Positions 47,047-56,732 of a stretch of DNA of 64,000 bases are shown here, one piece after another (position 1 is the stretch's first letter; the number at the start of each line of letters is the position of its first letter). A program made the translations under genes and the position numbers. Source of the stretch: Myxococcota bacterium (GTDB lineage Bacteria; Myxococcota_A; UBA796; CAJQPC01); assembly GCA_036229005.1 (NCBI GenBank), contig JAZAMN010000024.1, forward strand, positions 258,364 through 322,363, in the 5' to 3' direction. The notes below the pieces were generated by a model. The model worked only from the letters and a program-made list of their open reading frames with translations. It did no database searches and had not been told where the DNA came from.

Positions 47047-48258
47047 ATGGCCACTGAACTGCAGATCCCCCAGGTCGGCGAGTCCATCCCTTCGGTGTTC
47101 ATCGCCGGCTGGTCCGTCAAGGTCGGCGACTTCGTCAACGCCGGCGACCCTGTCCTGGAGATCGACTCCGACAAGGCCTCCATGGACGTCCCCAGCCCCA
47201 TCTCCGGCAAGATCCTCGAGCTCCGGGGAGAGGAGGGGGATGAGATCGAGATCGGCGCCGTCGTCGCCATCATCGACGAGACCGCAACGCAGGGCGATTC
47301 GTCTGCTCCCAGCACCCCGGCACCTGCGGCCGCAAGCGAGGACAAGCCGGAGCAGGCTGCAGCCTCCAGCGCCGCCCCCGGTGGCCCCGCCGGCCCCGCC
47401 GCGCGCGCCGCCGCCAACCAGAAGGGCGTGGACCTCTCCACCGTCGCTGGCTCCGGCAAGCGCGGTCGCATCCACTCCTCCGACGTCCAGTCCGCTCCGG
47501 CCCAGGCCGCGGCCGTGGCCCAGGGTGGCGTCAGCCAGCCCGCCCCCGCCGCCTCCGAGCAGCTCGTCGAGCGCGTCAAGATGACCCCCCTGCGCCGCAC
47601 CATCGCCCGCCGCCTGGTGCAGGCCCAGCAGGAGGCCGCGATGCTCACCACCTTCAACGAGGTGGACATGACGGGCATCCTGGACATCCGCAAGCGCTAC
47701 CAGGACTTCTTCGTCAAGAAGTACGGCTACAAGCTGGGCTTCATGCCCTTCTTTGTGAAGGCCGTGGTCGAGGCGCTCAAGGAGTTCCCCGCGGTCAACG
47801 CCGAGATCGACGGCAACGAGATCGTCTACAAGCGCTACTACAACATCGGCGTCGCCGTCTCCGGCCCCAAGGGCCTGACCGTGCCGGTGCTGCGGGACGC
47901 CGACCGGCTGTCCATGGCGCAGACCGAGGGCGGCATCCGTGAGCTCGCCACCCGCGCCCGCGACAACAAGCTGGGCCTGGACGACTTCAAGGACGGCACC
48001 TTCACCATCTCCAACGGTGGCGTGTTCGGCTCCCTGATGAGCACCCCCATCATCAACCCGCCCCAGGTGGGCATCCTGGGCATGCACGCCATGGTCAACC
48101 GCCCCGTCGCGGTCAACGGCCAGGTCGAGATCCGCCCCATGATGTACCTGGCCCTGTCCTACGACCACCGCATCATCGACGGCCGCGAGGCCGTGAGCTT
48201 CCTGGTCAAGGTCAAGCAGTTGGTCGAGAACCCCGAGCGCATCCTCATCGAGGTGTGA
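47047..48258 (+). CDS. sucB: Dihydrolipoamide succinyltransferase E2
   Basis: Lipoyl motif EIDSDKA, E3-binding [17 protein letters not shown] and YDHRIIDG. Confidence 0.97.
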   Translation: MATELQIPQVGESIPSVFIAGWSVKVGDFVNAGDPVLEIDSDKASMDVPSPISGKILELRGEEGDEIEIGAVVAIIDETATQGDSSAPSTPAPAAASEDKPEQAAASSAAPGGPAGPAARAAANQKGVDLSTVAGSGKRGRIHSSDVQSAPAQAAAVAQGGVSQPAPAASEQLVERVKMTPLRRTIARRLVQAQQEAAMLTTFNEVDMTGILDIRKRYQDFFVKKYGYKLGFMPFFVKAVVEALKEFPAVNAEIDGNEIVYKRYYNIGVAVSGPKGLTVPVLRDADRLSMAQTEGGIRELATRARDNKLGLDDFKDGTFTISNGGVFGSLMSTPIINPPQVGILGMHAMVNRPVAVNGQVEIRPMMYLALSYDHRIIDGREAVSFLVKVKQLVENPERILIEV

Positions 48259-48869
48259 TCGGGCTCGCGCTCGCGCTGACAGCCCTCCCCGCGAAGGCCG
48301 CGTCCCCAGTCTTGGGTGACGAGCCCCGCGGCGGAGGGCTGTTCGGCTCTGTGGAGCTGCCCGCCGACCCCTGGGTGCAGGGCGGGTTCTACGGCGCGCG
48401 GCGGGACAGCGCGTGGTGGGGCGGGTCCGCTTGGATCCGCGGCGGCTGGACCACCCCCTCCGGCGTCCGCCTGGGCCTGGAGGCCGACTGGGGCTGGCCG
48501 CGCGACCTCCAGGCCCTCGGGGGAGAGCGCTACATGCAGCCCGTGGACACCCTGGCCAGCGCCTCCTGGGCCGCCGGCGGCGACTGGAGCCCCCTGCTGG
48601 GGACCCTGCTGGGCTGCAGCTTCCGGCGCTACGCCGACACCCAGGGCGTGCTCCAGTGGAACAGCACCCCCGTCGTCGGCTTCGAGACCGGCGTGGCCAT
48701 CTCCGTCTGGGGCGACCGCATCGCCGTGGTCCCCAACCTGCGGGTCATGGCCGACCTGCGCCGCACGGAGCTCCAGGTCGGCGGTGAGCCCCGCTCCCAG
48801 CTCGCTGCCGTCGAGCTCCAGGGAGGCCTCTCCCTGCTCGTCCCACCCCCGGATCGGAGCCGCCCATGA
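48255..48869 (+). CDS. Putative small outer-membrane beta-barrel protein
   Basis: Signal peptide; amphipathic Gly/Trp-rich strands; GTGA overlap. Confidence 0.55.
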   Translation: MIGLALALTALPAKAASPVLGDEPRGGGLFGSVELPADPWVQGGFYGARRDSAWWGGSAWIRGGWTTPSGVRLGLEADWGWPRDLQALGGERYMQPVDTLASASWAAGGDWSPLLGTLLGCSFRRYADTQGVLQWNSTPVVGFETGVAISVWGDRIAVVPNLRVMADLRRTELQVGGEPRSQLAAVELQGGLSLLVPPPDRSRP

Positions 48870-49672
48870 GCGCGCGATTGTCGGCTCTCGCTGCCCAGCT
48901 CGGCGTCGCCCAGGAGCCGGTTGATGCACTGGTGACCTCGCTGGCGGGCGGCCGTCCTCCAGAGCTGTCGGTGTCCCTGCAGTCCAAGGGGTTGGGGGCG
49001 ATGTTCCGGGGCGAAGATCCTGCCTTCTCCCAGAGAGCGCTGCAGCTCGCGGAGGCCTGGGGGTTCTCCGACGCAGCCCGGGCCACCCTCTCCCAGGACG
49101 CGGCGCGCTTTGAGCACCGGCGGGCCTTCTTCAAGGTCGACTTCGGGGAGGATGGGGTGCGGGAGCTGTCCATGTACTGGCGGCGCAGACCGCCCATGGA
49201 TCGGGTGCTCTCCTGGCTCTGTGAGATCGGCTCCACCCCCGAGGACATCCTGCGCGTGACCCAGGCCGCGCAGCTCCTGACCAGCCCGAACCTGCACTTC
49301 TGGGCGCGCTCCTACGGCAAGGACGGCCAGGCGCGCATCAAGCTCTACTGGACTCAGCGCGGAGAGCCTCGGCTGTGGCCTGGGGTGGAGCGGCTGTTGA
49401 CCCTGCAGGGCGTCGATCCCGCCTGCCTGTCCGCGGTGGACCGCAGCCTGGACCGCTTCCTCTCGCTGGAGCTGGACGCCCAGGGCCACGTGCTGCCGGG
49501 AGCCAAGCTGGACCTGCACGGGGCCTCCGTCGAGCTCGCTGGCAGCTTCGGGGCGGGAGTCGGCGGTCAGGAGCGCGCGCTGGCTCTGCTGCGCACGGGG
49601 CCGCTGGACTACGTCGGGCTCAGATTGGGCGCCGGGGTGGAGCAGGTCAAGCTATACTCGACGCGGACCTGA
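48866..49672 (+). CDS. Hypothetical protein, possible ABBA/PT-barrel prenyltransferase-like fold
   Basis: Repeated helix-helix-hairpin units ending SMYW, KLYW, KLDL and KLY. Confidence 0.55.
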   Translation: MSARLSALAAQLGVAQEPVDALVTSLAGGRPPELSVSLQSKGLGAMFRGEDPAFSQRALQLAEAWGFSDAARATLSQDAARFEHRRAFFKVDFGEDGVRELSMYWRRRPPMDRVLSWLCEIGSTPEDILRVTQAAQLLTSPNLHFWARSYGKDGQARIKLYWTQRGEPRLWPGVERLLTLQGVDPACLSAVDRSLDRFLSLELDAQGHVLPGAKLDLHGASVELAGSFGAGVGGQERALALLRTGPLDYVGLRLGAGVEQVKLYSTRT

Positions 49673-49690
49673 CCAGCCCCCGGGGGACCC

Positions 49691-51319
49691 ATGACCACGG
49701 CAAGACTCTCCTCCATCCTCTTCTTTGGGGCGCTCACCGCGTGCGCAACCGAAGAACAGGAGCCCGACAACAGCTTGCCCGGCAGCGGCGGAGACTGCGG
49801 GCTCGTCCTCGAGCCCAGCGCGCTGGACTTCGGTGAGCAGCAGGTCGATGGCGTGGGCCAGACCCAGACGCTGGTGCTCCAGAACGACGGGGACGCCGCC
49901 TGCCGCATCGACGGGATCGCGCCCCAGGACCCGGACGGCGTGTTCAGCGTCGAGGGCTTCACCCCCCTCTCCCTCTCCGCCGGTGCCCAGACCCAGGTCC
50001 AGGTGAGCTACCTGCCGGTCACCGCATCGGACGACAGCCAGGTGCTGGAGGTGCTGCTGGACTCCGGGGTGCTGCAGGTGCCGCTCAGTGGTCAGGGGCT
50101 GGCCCCCGCGATCGCCGTGAGTCCGCAGGCGCTGGAGCTGGGCGGCGTCGCGATGGGGTGCGCGCAGGAGCAGCTCCTGAGCGTGCAGAACGTCGGCAAC
50201 CAGGACCTGGTCATCGACGCGCTGGCCTTCAACACCGAGAGCGACGAGCTGCGCTTCATCCAGGATCAGGGAGACATCAACGGGCCGCTGCCCTGGACCC
50301 TGGCCCCAGGGAGCAGCCTCCCGGTCTGGGTGGAATACCAGCCGCTGGACAGCGTCGCGGACGCCTCCGAGCTGGTGATCTCCAGCAACGACCCCCTGAC
50401 CCCTGAGCTCACCGCCACGCAGCAGGGGAGCGGGGACGACGCGTGGACCGTCCAGGACGAGTTCACCCTGGACCTGCAGCCCAAGGCGGACATCCTGATC
50501 GCGCTGGACCACTCCTGCAGCACGCCCACGGAGCGGGAGATGCTCTGGGACAGCTTCCCGGATCTCTTGGAGTCGCTGGAGGACCAGCAGGTCGACTTCC
50601 AGCTCGCGGTCCTGGTGCAGGACGACGGCTGTGTGATCGGCTCGGAGCCCTTCGCCCACGCGGGGCAGAGCCGCGCCGAGCAGCTCGCGGTGCTCTCCAA
50701 GCAGATGTGCCTGGAGGAGGACGCGAGCTTCTGCCCCTACGTCGGCCACAACACCGAGCGGGCTTTCACCCTCTTCGAGGGCGCGCTCGCCGAGGCCCAC
50801 CTCAAGGCCGGCGGCTGCAACCAAGGCCTGATGCGCGATGGGGCCAGCCTGGAGCTGCTCTCCATGTCCACGGAGGCCGAGCAGAGCGCCGAGAGCCATG
50901 AGGCCTATGTCTCGCGCCTCCAGGCCCTCAAGCCGGATCCCCAGGACCTGCGGATCCACGGCATTGGGGGCGACTACCCCGCCGGCTGCGAGCAGAGCAG
51001 CGACGTCTCGGCCGACTTCTACGAGGGCCTCTACGAGGCGACCGGGCTGACCGGGGGCTTCTTCTGGTCGAGCTGCGCGGAGAGCTACTCCAGCTACATG
51101 CAGACCCTCGCCCAGGCGGTGGGCCCCAGCCGCAGCAGCTTCCTGTTGAGCCGGCCGGCGCTCCCGGAGACCGTCTCCGTCCAGGTCGACGGCGACGGCA
51201 TCACCCAGGGGTGGACCCACGACCCGGACAGCAACCGCGTGCTCTTCGCCGACGATTCGCTGCCTGCCCGCGGGAGCCAGGTCACCGTGTCCTACGCCGA
51301 CGGAGAGTGCCCCGAGTGA
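49691..51319 (+). CDS. Lipoprotein with two Ig-like (ASH/choice-of-anchor D) domains and a vWA-like domain
   Basis: LTAC lipobox; PSALDFG/PQALELG..N.G; DILIALDHSCS MIDAS-like motif. Confidence 0.8.
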   Translation: MTTARLSSILFFGALTACATEEQEPDNSLPGSGGDCGLVLEPSALDFGEQQVDGVGQTQTLVLQNDGDAACRIDGIAPQDPDGVFSVEGFTPLSLSAGAQTQVQVSYLPVTASDDSQVLEVLLDSGVLQVPLSGQGLAPAIAVSPQALELGGVAMGCAQEQLLSVQNVGNQDLVIDALAFNTESDELRFIQDQGDINGPLPWTLAPGSSLPVWVEYQPLDSVADASELVISSNDPLTPELTATQQGSGDDAWTVQDEFTLDLQPKADILIALDHSCSTPTEREMLWDSFPDLLESLEDQQVDFQLAVLVQDDGCVIGSEPFAHAGQSRAEQLAVLSKQMCLEEDASFCPYVGHNTERAFTLFEGALAEAHLKAGGCNQGLMRDGASLELLSMSTEAEQSAESHEAYVSRLQALKPDPQDLRIHGIGGDYPAGCEQSSDVSADFYEGLYEATGLTGGFFWSSCAESYSSYMQTLAQAVGPSRSSFLLSRPALPETVSVQVDGDGITQGWTHDPDSNRVLFADDSLPARGSQVTVSYADGECPE

Positions 51320-51337
51320 GCCCCCCAGGCGCGGCGC

Positions 51338-53068
51338 TCAGAGCCCCAGCCTCTGGACCCGCTCCTCCGCCCGCAGCTCCGGGTGTTCGGCCACAAAGGC
51401 CCGCGCCCGCTGCCGCTCTCCGGCCTTCCACAGCAGCTCGACGTGTCGCGCGCAGATGATGGCGGGCGCGTCTGGAAGGGCACACCCGGCGCCCGCGTGC
51501 TCGGCGGCCAGCAGGTACTCGCCCTGGCGCCCGTACTCCTTCTGGAGCTGCTTCCGGGTCTCAAAGTAGTCGGGGAACAGCGCCGCGCTGCGCTCCAGGG
51601 CTTCGATCGCGCCCCGGCTGTCCTTCTGCCGGAGCCGGGCCTGCGCCAGCCAGAACCAATGTCCCGCGTTGGCGGGCTCGGCGCGGGCGGCCTCCAGGTA
51701 GTGCGCCTCGGCCTCCGCGTACTGCCGCTGCTCGATGGCCAGGTTCCCTTCCCGGTGTGCGCACCAGCCCGGCTGCTTGGCCGTGATGTGGTCGATGGGC
51801 CAGAGGGCTGCGATCCACAGCCCCACCCCCGCGGCCCACCACCGGGGCACCTGGCGCGCGCGCACCGCGTCACGGAGCTCCCCAAGCGAGGTCACCGTCA
51901 GCAGCACCAACACCGGCCACAGCACCACCCGATAGCGCTCCGCCGGCAAGAAGAGCAGCAGCGGCAGCCAGCCTCCCAGCAGCGCCGCGGGCAGCAGCCA
52001 CCGCCTTGACCTCGCCTGCGCCACGCAGCCCAGCAGAGCGAAGGGCACCAGCCAGGCCACGCGGTTGGGCATCCAGGCGAGCCAGGCCAGGGACCCCTCC
52101 GTCCTGCAGCGCCAGTCCTCGTTGCGGGGGATGGGGCGGGCGTGGATGGACCACCAGGCCTTCTCCACCAGCGCAGGCAGCGCCCAGCTCAGCGACCACT
52201 CGTCCCGGGTGCGCGCCCGCCAGTAGGCGTTCCGGGCCTGCAGGTCCCGGCGGTGGGGCTCCGCGTCGAGCACGAGCTGGCGGAAGGGCAGGCCCGGCCT
52301 CAAGAACGCCGTCTCCTTCCACTCCGGGTTGTTGAACAGGTACAGATTCAGGCCGCCGTTCTCGGAGATCAGCGCCCCGCTCTCGTGCTGTGTGCGGTTC
52401 TCCCAGGCGATCGGCGCGATGGGCAGCGCCAGACCCACCAGCAGCAGGACGCCGTGCAGCCGCTGTCGGACCAGCAGCACCGCGCCAATGAACACCCAGG
52501 CCAGCAGCGTCGTGGGGTGGAGCAGCGCCGCCGCGCCCGAGACCAGCCCCGCCCCCAGGGCCCAGAGGGGGTGACGGTCCGTGGGCAGCAGCAGGTTCAG
52601 GCCCACCACCATGGCCAGCAGGCTGGCCGCCGGCGTGAGCAGGTCCAGCTCGTAGCGCAGCGGGGCCCCGGCGAGGACAAAGAGGCCCATCGCCACCGCG
52701 CCACCCCACTTCCAGCCGCTCACAACCCGCCCCAGGCGCCCAAGACCCAGAGTGCTCAGGACCCCAAAGAGCAGGTTGAACGCCCGGGAGATGCGGGGAT
52801 CGGGTGCCTCGCTCAGGCCCTGCTCCCAGGCCATCAACCAGGGGTAGCCGGGGGGCTGGTAGTAGCCGCCGGAGAAGGGCTGCTCCCCCGCCAGGAGCTG
52901 CAGGGTCTGCTGCCAGTAGGTGTAGGCGTCCACGCGGGGGTGGGTGGCGTCCCAGGTGCCCTCGATGCTCTGCCACGCCGCCAGCCGCAGCAGGACCGCG
53001 AGCAGCACAAAGCCCCCCTCGATCCAGAGAGGACGGCGGTCGACAGTGGGCGCGGGCTGGGTCGTCAT
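51338..53068 (-). CDS. GT-C (ArnT-like) glycosyltransferase with C-terminal TPRs
   Basis: VDAYTY, YYQPPGYP, NGGLNLY..NNP and ERYR; TPR helices. Confidence 0.8.
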   Translation of the reverse strand: MTTQPAPTVDRRPLWIEGGFVLLAVLLRLAAWQSIEGTWDATHPRVDAYTYWQQTLQLLAGEQPFSGGYYQPPGYPWLMAWEQGLSEAPDPRISRAFNLLFGVLSTLGLGRLGRVVSGWKWGGAVAMGLFVLAGAPLRYELDLLTPAASLLAMVVGLNLLLPTDRHPLWALGAGLVSGAAALLHPTTLLAWVFIGAVLLVRQRLHGVLLLVGLALPIAPIAWENRTQHESGALISENGGLNLYLFNNPEWKETAFLRPGLPFRQLVLDAEPHRRDLQARNAYWRARTRDEWSLSWALPALVEKAWWSIHARPIPRNEDWRCRTEGSLAWLAWMPNRVAWLVPFALLGCVAQARSRRWLLPAALLGGWLPLLLFLPAERYRVVLWPVLVLLTVTSLGELRDAVRARQVPRWWAAGVGLWIAALWPIDHITAKQPGWCAHREGNLAIEQRQYAEAEAHYLEAARAEPANAGHWFWLAQARLRQKDSRGAIEALERSAALFPDYFETRKQLQKEYGRQGEYLLAAEHAGAGCALPDAPAIICARHVELLWKAGERQRARAFVAEHPELRAEERVQRLGL

Positions 53069-53081
53069 GCTAGGGGTCTGT

Positions 53082-54518
53082 ATGCCTACCACGTCCCGAC
53101 TCCAGTACCGCTCCGACTCCCTCCCCAGCGACTACGGCACCCTCGTGGTCGTCGGTCGCAAGGAGCGCCTGCTCAGCGATCAGATCCGGGCCAAGGTGCC
53201 CGTCCCGCAGGAGACCTGGACCGCCATGCTCCAGCGCGTCGAGGGCGGCGATTGGGGCGCCAGCGTCAGCACCTACGTCGGCAGCATCAAGGTCGTCGCC
53301 GGCGTGCTCCCCGAGCGCTGCAGCCGCCACTCCCCGCCCGCGCGCACCTGGGCCATCCCCAAGCTGGCCGCCGCCGCCGCCGGGAAGGCCCCTGCCAACC
53401 TCATCCTCGCCGTGGACGGACCCGAGCACGCCTTCGCCGCCTGCGTCGCCGCCGCCAAGGCCTTCCCCCTCTACAGCCAGCGCTCCGGCACCCAGTCCGA
53501 GCAGCTCGTGAGCGTCCAGGCCCTCGCGCCGGGTGGCGCCGTCTTCGCCCCCAAGGCCCAGGCCGCCATGGAGGGGGTGCAGATGGCCGCGGAGCTGGTC
53601 GACATGCCGACCTCAACGCTGGACACCGATGCGTTCGTGGCCCGCGCGCGGGCCGTCGCCGAAGAGCTGGACTGCCGCGTCGAGGTCATCCGTGGCGAGG
53701 CCGCCCTCAAGGAGGCCGGGCTCGGCGGGATCTGGGGCGTCGGCAAGGCCGCCGAGAAGCCCCCCGCGCTGGTCGCTCTGGTCCACAACCCCGACAGCGC
53801 CGAGCGCACCATCGCCTGGGTCGGCAAGGGCATCGTCTACGACACCGGCGGCCTGAGCATCAAGTCCAAGACCGGCATGCCCGGCATGAAGGGCGACATG
53901 GGGGGCGCTGCCGCCGTGCTCGCTGCCTTCCGCGCGGCCGTCAAGACCGGCTTCGACCAGAAGCTGGTCGCCGTCCTCTGCCTCGCCGACAACGCCGTCG
54001 GCCCCAAGTCCGTGCGCCCCGACGACATCCTGGCCATGCACTCCGGCCGCAGCGTCGAGGTCAACAACACCGACGCCGAGGGCCGCCTGGTCCTGGCCGA
54101 CGGCGTGAGCTGGGTCAGCCGCAAGCACCGCCCCGAGCTCATCGTCGACCTGGCCACCCTCACCGGCGCCGCGCTGATGACCACCGGCAAGATCCACGCT
54201 GGCATCTACGCCAACGACCTGGACCTGGAGACCCGCGCCCGCAAGGCCGGCATGACCAGCGGCGAGCCCGTCTACCCCTTCCTCTACGCGCCCGAGCTGC
54301 TCCGCAAGGAGTTCAAGTCCTCCATCGCCGACCTCAAGAACTCGGTGAAGGACCGCATGAACGCCCAGGCGAGCTGCGCCGCCCTCTTCATCGAGAGCCA
54401 CCTGCCCACCAAGGACACCCCCCGGTTCCTTCACGTGGACATCGCCGGCCCCGCCTGGAGCGGTGGCCGCGGCACCGGCTACGGCGTCGGTCTGCTCATG
54501 GCTCTCGGCGACCAGTAG
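53082..54518 (+). CDS. M17 leucyl aminopeptidase, NPEPL1-like
   Basis: VGKGIVYDTGGLSIK, MKGDMGG, NTDAEGRL, ATLTGA and HVDIAG. Confidence 0.92.
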   Translation: MPTTSRLQYRSDSLPSDYGTLVVVGRKERLLSDQIRAKVPVPQETWTAMLQRVEGGDWGASVSTYVGSIKVVAGVLPERCSRHSPPARTWAIPKLAAAAAGKAPANLILAVDGPEHAFAACVAAAKAFPLYSQRSGTQSEQLVSVQALAPGGAVFAPKAQAAMEGVQMAAELVDMPTSTLDTDAFVARARAVAEELDCRVEVIRGEAALKEAGLGGIWGVGKAAEKPPALVALVHNPDSAERTIAWVGKGIVYDTGGLSIKSKTGMPGMKGDMGGAAAVLAAFRAAVKTGFDQKLVAVLCLADNAVGPKSVRPDDILAMHSGRSVEVNNTDAEGRLVLADGVSWVSRKHRPELIVDLATLTGAALMTTGKIHAGIYANDLDLETRARKAGMTSGEPVYPFLYAPELLRKEFKSSIADLKNSVKDRMNAQASCAALFIESHLPTKDTPRFLHVDIAGPAWSGGRGTGYGVGLLMALGDQ

Positions 54519-54548
54519 CCCCGAAATCCCCCCAACCTGGAGGCCCCC

Positions 54549-54992
54549 ATGGCCCGCGGTACCTACTTCTCCGAGTTCGAGGTCGGCCAGAGCTTTGTCT
54601 CCGGCGGCCGCACCGTCACCGAAGCCGACGTCGTCAACTTCGCCGGCATCAGCGGGGACTACAACCCCCTGCACATCGACCAGAGCTTCGCCGAGACCAC
54701 CCCCTTCGGCCAGCGCATCGCCCACGGCATGCTCAGCGCGTCGATCTCCACCGGTCTGGCCCAGACCCTGGGCATCTTCGAGGGCACCACCATCGGCCTG
54801 ATGGGGCAGACCTTCCAGTACAAGGCCCCGGTGTTCTTCGGCGACACCATCCGCATCTCCCTGACCGTCGAGTCCGTCAAGGCCAGCTCCAAGGGCGGCA
54901 AGGGCGTGGTGGTCTTCCGCAGCGACATCCTCAAGCAGGACGACACGGTCGCCGTGACCGGCTCCTGGACGGTGATGTTCCGCGACAAGTGA
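54549..54992 (+). CDS. MaoC-family (R)-hydratase/dehydratase
   Basis: RTVTEAD..FA.ISGDYNPLH.D...IAHG; PVFFGDT. Confidence 0.92.
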   Translation: MARGTYFSEFEVGQSFVSGGRTVTEADVVNFAGISGDYNPLHIDQSFAETTPFGQRIAHGMLSASISTGLAQTLGIFEGTTIGLMGQTFQYKAPVFFGDTIRISLTVESVKASSKGGKGVVVFRSDILKQDDTVAVTGSWTVMFRDK

Positions 54993-55052
54993 GCCTTCGG
55001 GCGCGCTCTTCGGGCTCGGCCTCGTGCCGGGCCCGCTGTGCTCTGGAGCCGC

Positions 55053-56732
55053 CTACTTGCAGACCGCGAAGGCCTCGACACAGTTCAGGCTCACCGAGCC
55101 GCCCGCAGGCACCGTCGTCGCGCCGGCCGGACTGGGCTTCCCGTCCTTGAAGGCCGCGGAGATGCTGTACCTGCCCGCCGGGACCTCTCCGGGGACCACG
55201 TGGCGGGTGCCGTCCGCGCCCACCAGCACCACGCGCAGAGCATCGCCCTTCACGTACACCGCGCCGGTCTTCGCGGGCGTCGGCTCCTTGGCCGCAGGCT
55301 CCTCCACCTTGGCGTCCTCCACCTTCGGCCCCACGACCGCGGGCTCCTCCACCTTCGGCTCCACGACCCTCGGCTCGGGCGCGGGCTCCGTCTGCCGACC
55401 GGTGAACGCCGGCTTGTCCGCTGGGCGGGTCGCGGGTTGCTCCACGGGCGCCACTTCCGGGACCTCGGGGAGCTCCGTGGGCTCGACCTCCGGGGGCGTC
55501 GGCAGCTCGGGCGCGGTCAGCGTGTCCTCGCTTGCGGGCGGGGTCTCAACGGCTGTCGGTACGGGATCGGGCTCAGGCGGTGAGGCGGGATCCTGGTCCA
55601 GCAACATCCAGCCCCCACCTCCCAGGACCAGCAGCAGCGCGAGCCCCCCAAGGATCTTCGGCATCGGCGAGGACACCGGCAGGATCTCCTCGTCCTCGAA
55701 CTCCGTCAGCCCCGAGCCCTCGCTGTCGGTAGGCAGAGCCGGGGAGGGGGGCAGCGGGGCCTCTTCCAGGGCCTCCAGATCCAGCGCCATCGTCGGGTTG
55801 GACACCGGGCCCAGCGCGTCCGGGATCATCGTGGCGCTCGAGGGCTGCGCGGGCGGCGGGGTGTGCGCTGGGGGCATGCCCTTGGGGATCCCGCTGGCCA
55901 GCGTGGCGCTCTCGGGGTCCTCCGGCAGGGCGTCCATCGCAGCACGGAGGGCGGTGGCCATCTCCTCCGCGCTCGCGTAGCGGGCCTCCTTGTCGTAGTC
56001 GCAGGCGCGCTCGATCACCCGCATGACCGACTCGGGGATCCCCTCCTTCTGGTGCTCGGCCTTGCCCATGCCCAGCAGGAACAGGTCCACCGGCTGCGTG
56101 TTGCGCAGCAGGCTCCACAGGGTCGCGCCCACCGCGTAGATGTCCGAGGTCAGGTCTACGTCCCGCGCCGAGACCCGCTGCTCGGGGGCCATGTAGCCCA
56201 GGGTCCCCATCGCGCTGCCCGTGCGGGTCAGGCTGGGGGCGTCCGACTGCACCTGGGCGATGCCAAAGTCCGTGACCTTGGTCTGGCCGCTGCGGGTGAT
56301 CAGGATGTTCTGGGGCTTGATGTCGCGGTGGACCACCCCGGCCTCGTGGGCCACGCTCAGCGCGGCGAGCATGTCCAGCACGCACTGGCAAGCCATCTTG
56401 GGGGGCATCGCGCCGTGGCGGCCGCACCAATCGCTGAGGCTCCCGCCCTCGACCAGCTCCATCACCATGTAGGGGCTCTGGGGATCCTCGACGATGTCGT
56501 GCACCCCGACGATGTTGGGGTGGTGCATTCGCGCCATCGTCCGCGCCTCGGTCAGGAAGCGCTCGCGGATCGCGCTGCTGCCCGCCAGGTTGGCGTTGAG
56601 CACCTTGATCGCCCGGTGCACCTGCAGCCGCTCGTCCCAGGTCCGGTAGACCTTGGCCATGCCGCCGGACCCCAGGATCTCGACGACGCGGTAGCGGCCC
56701 TCGGCCAGGGAGCTGGGGGCCTCAGTCGTCAC
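55053..56732 (-). CDS. Membrane Hanks-type Ser/Thr kinase
   Basis: LGSGGMAKVY, HRDIKPQN, DFG and GTLGYMAPE; TM; Pro/Glu/Lys-rich extracytoplasmic stalk. Confidence 0.92.
   Translation of the reverse strand: MTTEAPSSLAEGRYRVVEILGSGGMAKVYRTWDERLQVHRAIKVLNANLAGSSAIRERFLTEARTMARMHHPNIVGVHDIVEDPQSPYMVMELVEGGSLSDWCGRHGAMPPKMACQCVLDMLAALSVAHEAGVVHRDIKPQNILITRSGQTKVTDFGIAQVQSDAPSLTRTGSAMGTLGYMAPEQRVSARDVDLTSDIYAVGATLWSLLRNTQPVDLFLLGMGKAEHQKEGIPESVMRVIERACDYDKEARYASAEEMATALRAAMDALPEDPESATLASGIPKGMPPAHTPPPAQPSSATMIPDALGPVSNPTMALDLEALEEAPLPPSPALPTDSEGSGLTEFEDEEILPVSSPMPKILGGLALLLVLGGGGWMLLDQDPASPPEPDPVPTAVETPPASEDTLTAPELPTPPEVEPTELPEVPEVAPVEQPATRPADKPAFTGRQTEPAPEPRVVEPKVEEPAVVGPKVEDAKVEEPAAKEPTPAKTGAVYVKGDALRVVLVGADGTRHVVPGEVPAGRYSISAAFKDGKPSPAGATTVPAGGSVSLNCVEAFAVCK

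Noticed and set aside
44173..48168. 1331-aa minus-strand ORF
   Set aside because: Antisense shadow of sucA-sucB caused by high GC3; no motifs
52142..55150. 1002-aa plus-strand ORF
   Set aside because: Arg/Pro/Gly-rich off-frame read-through of real genes
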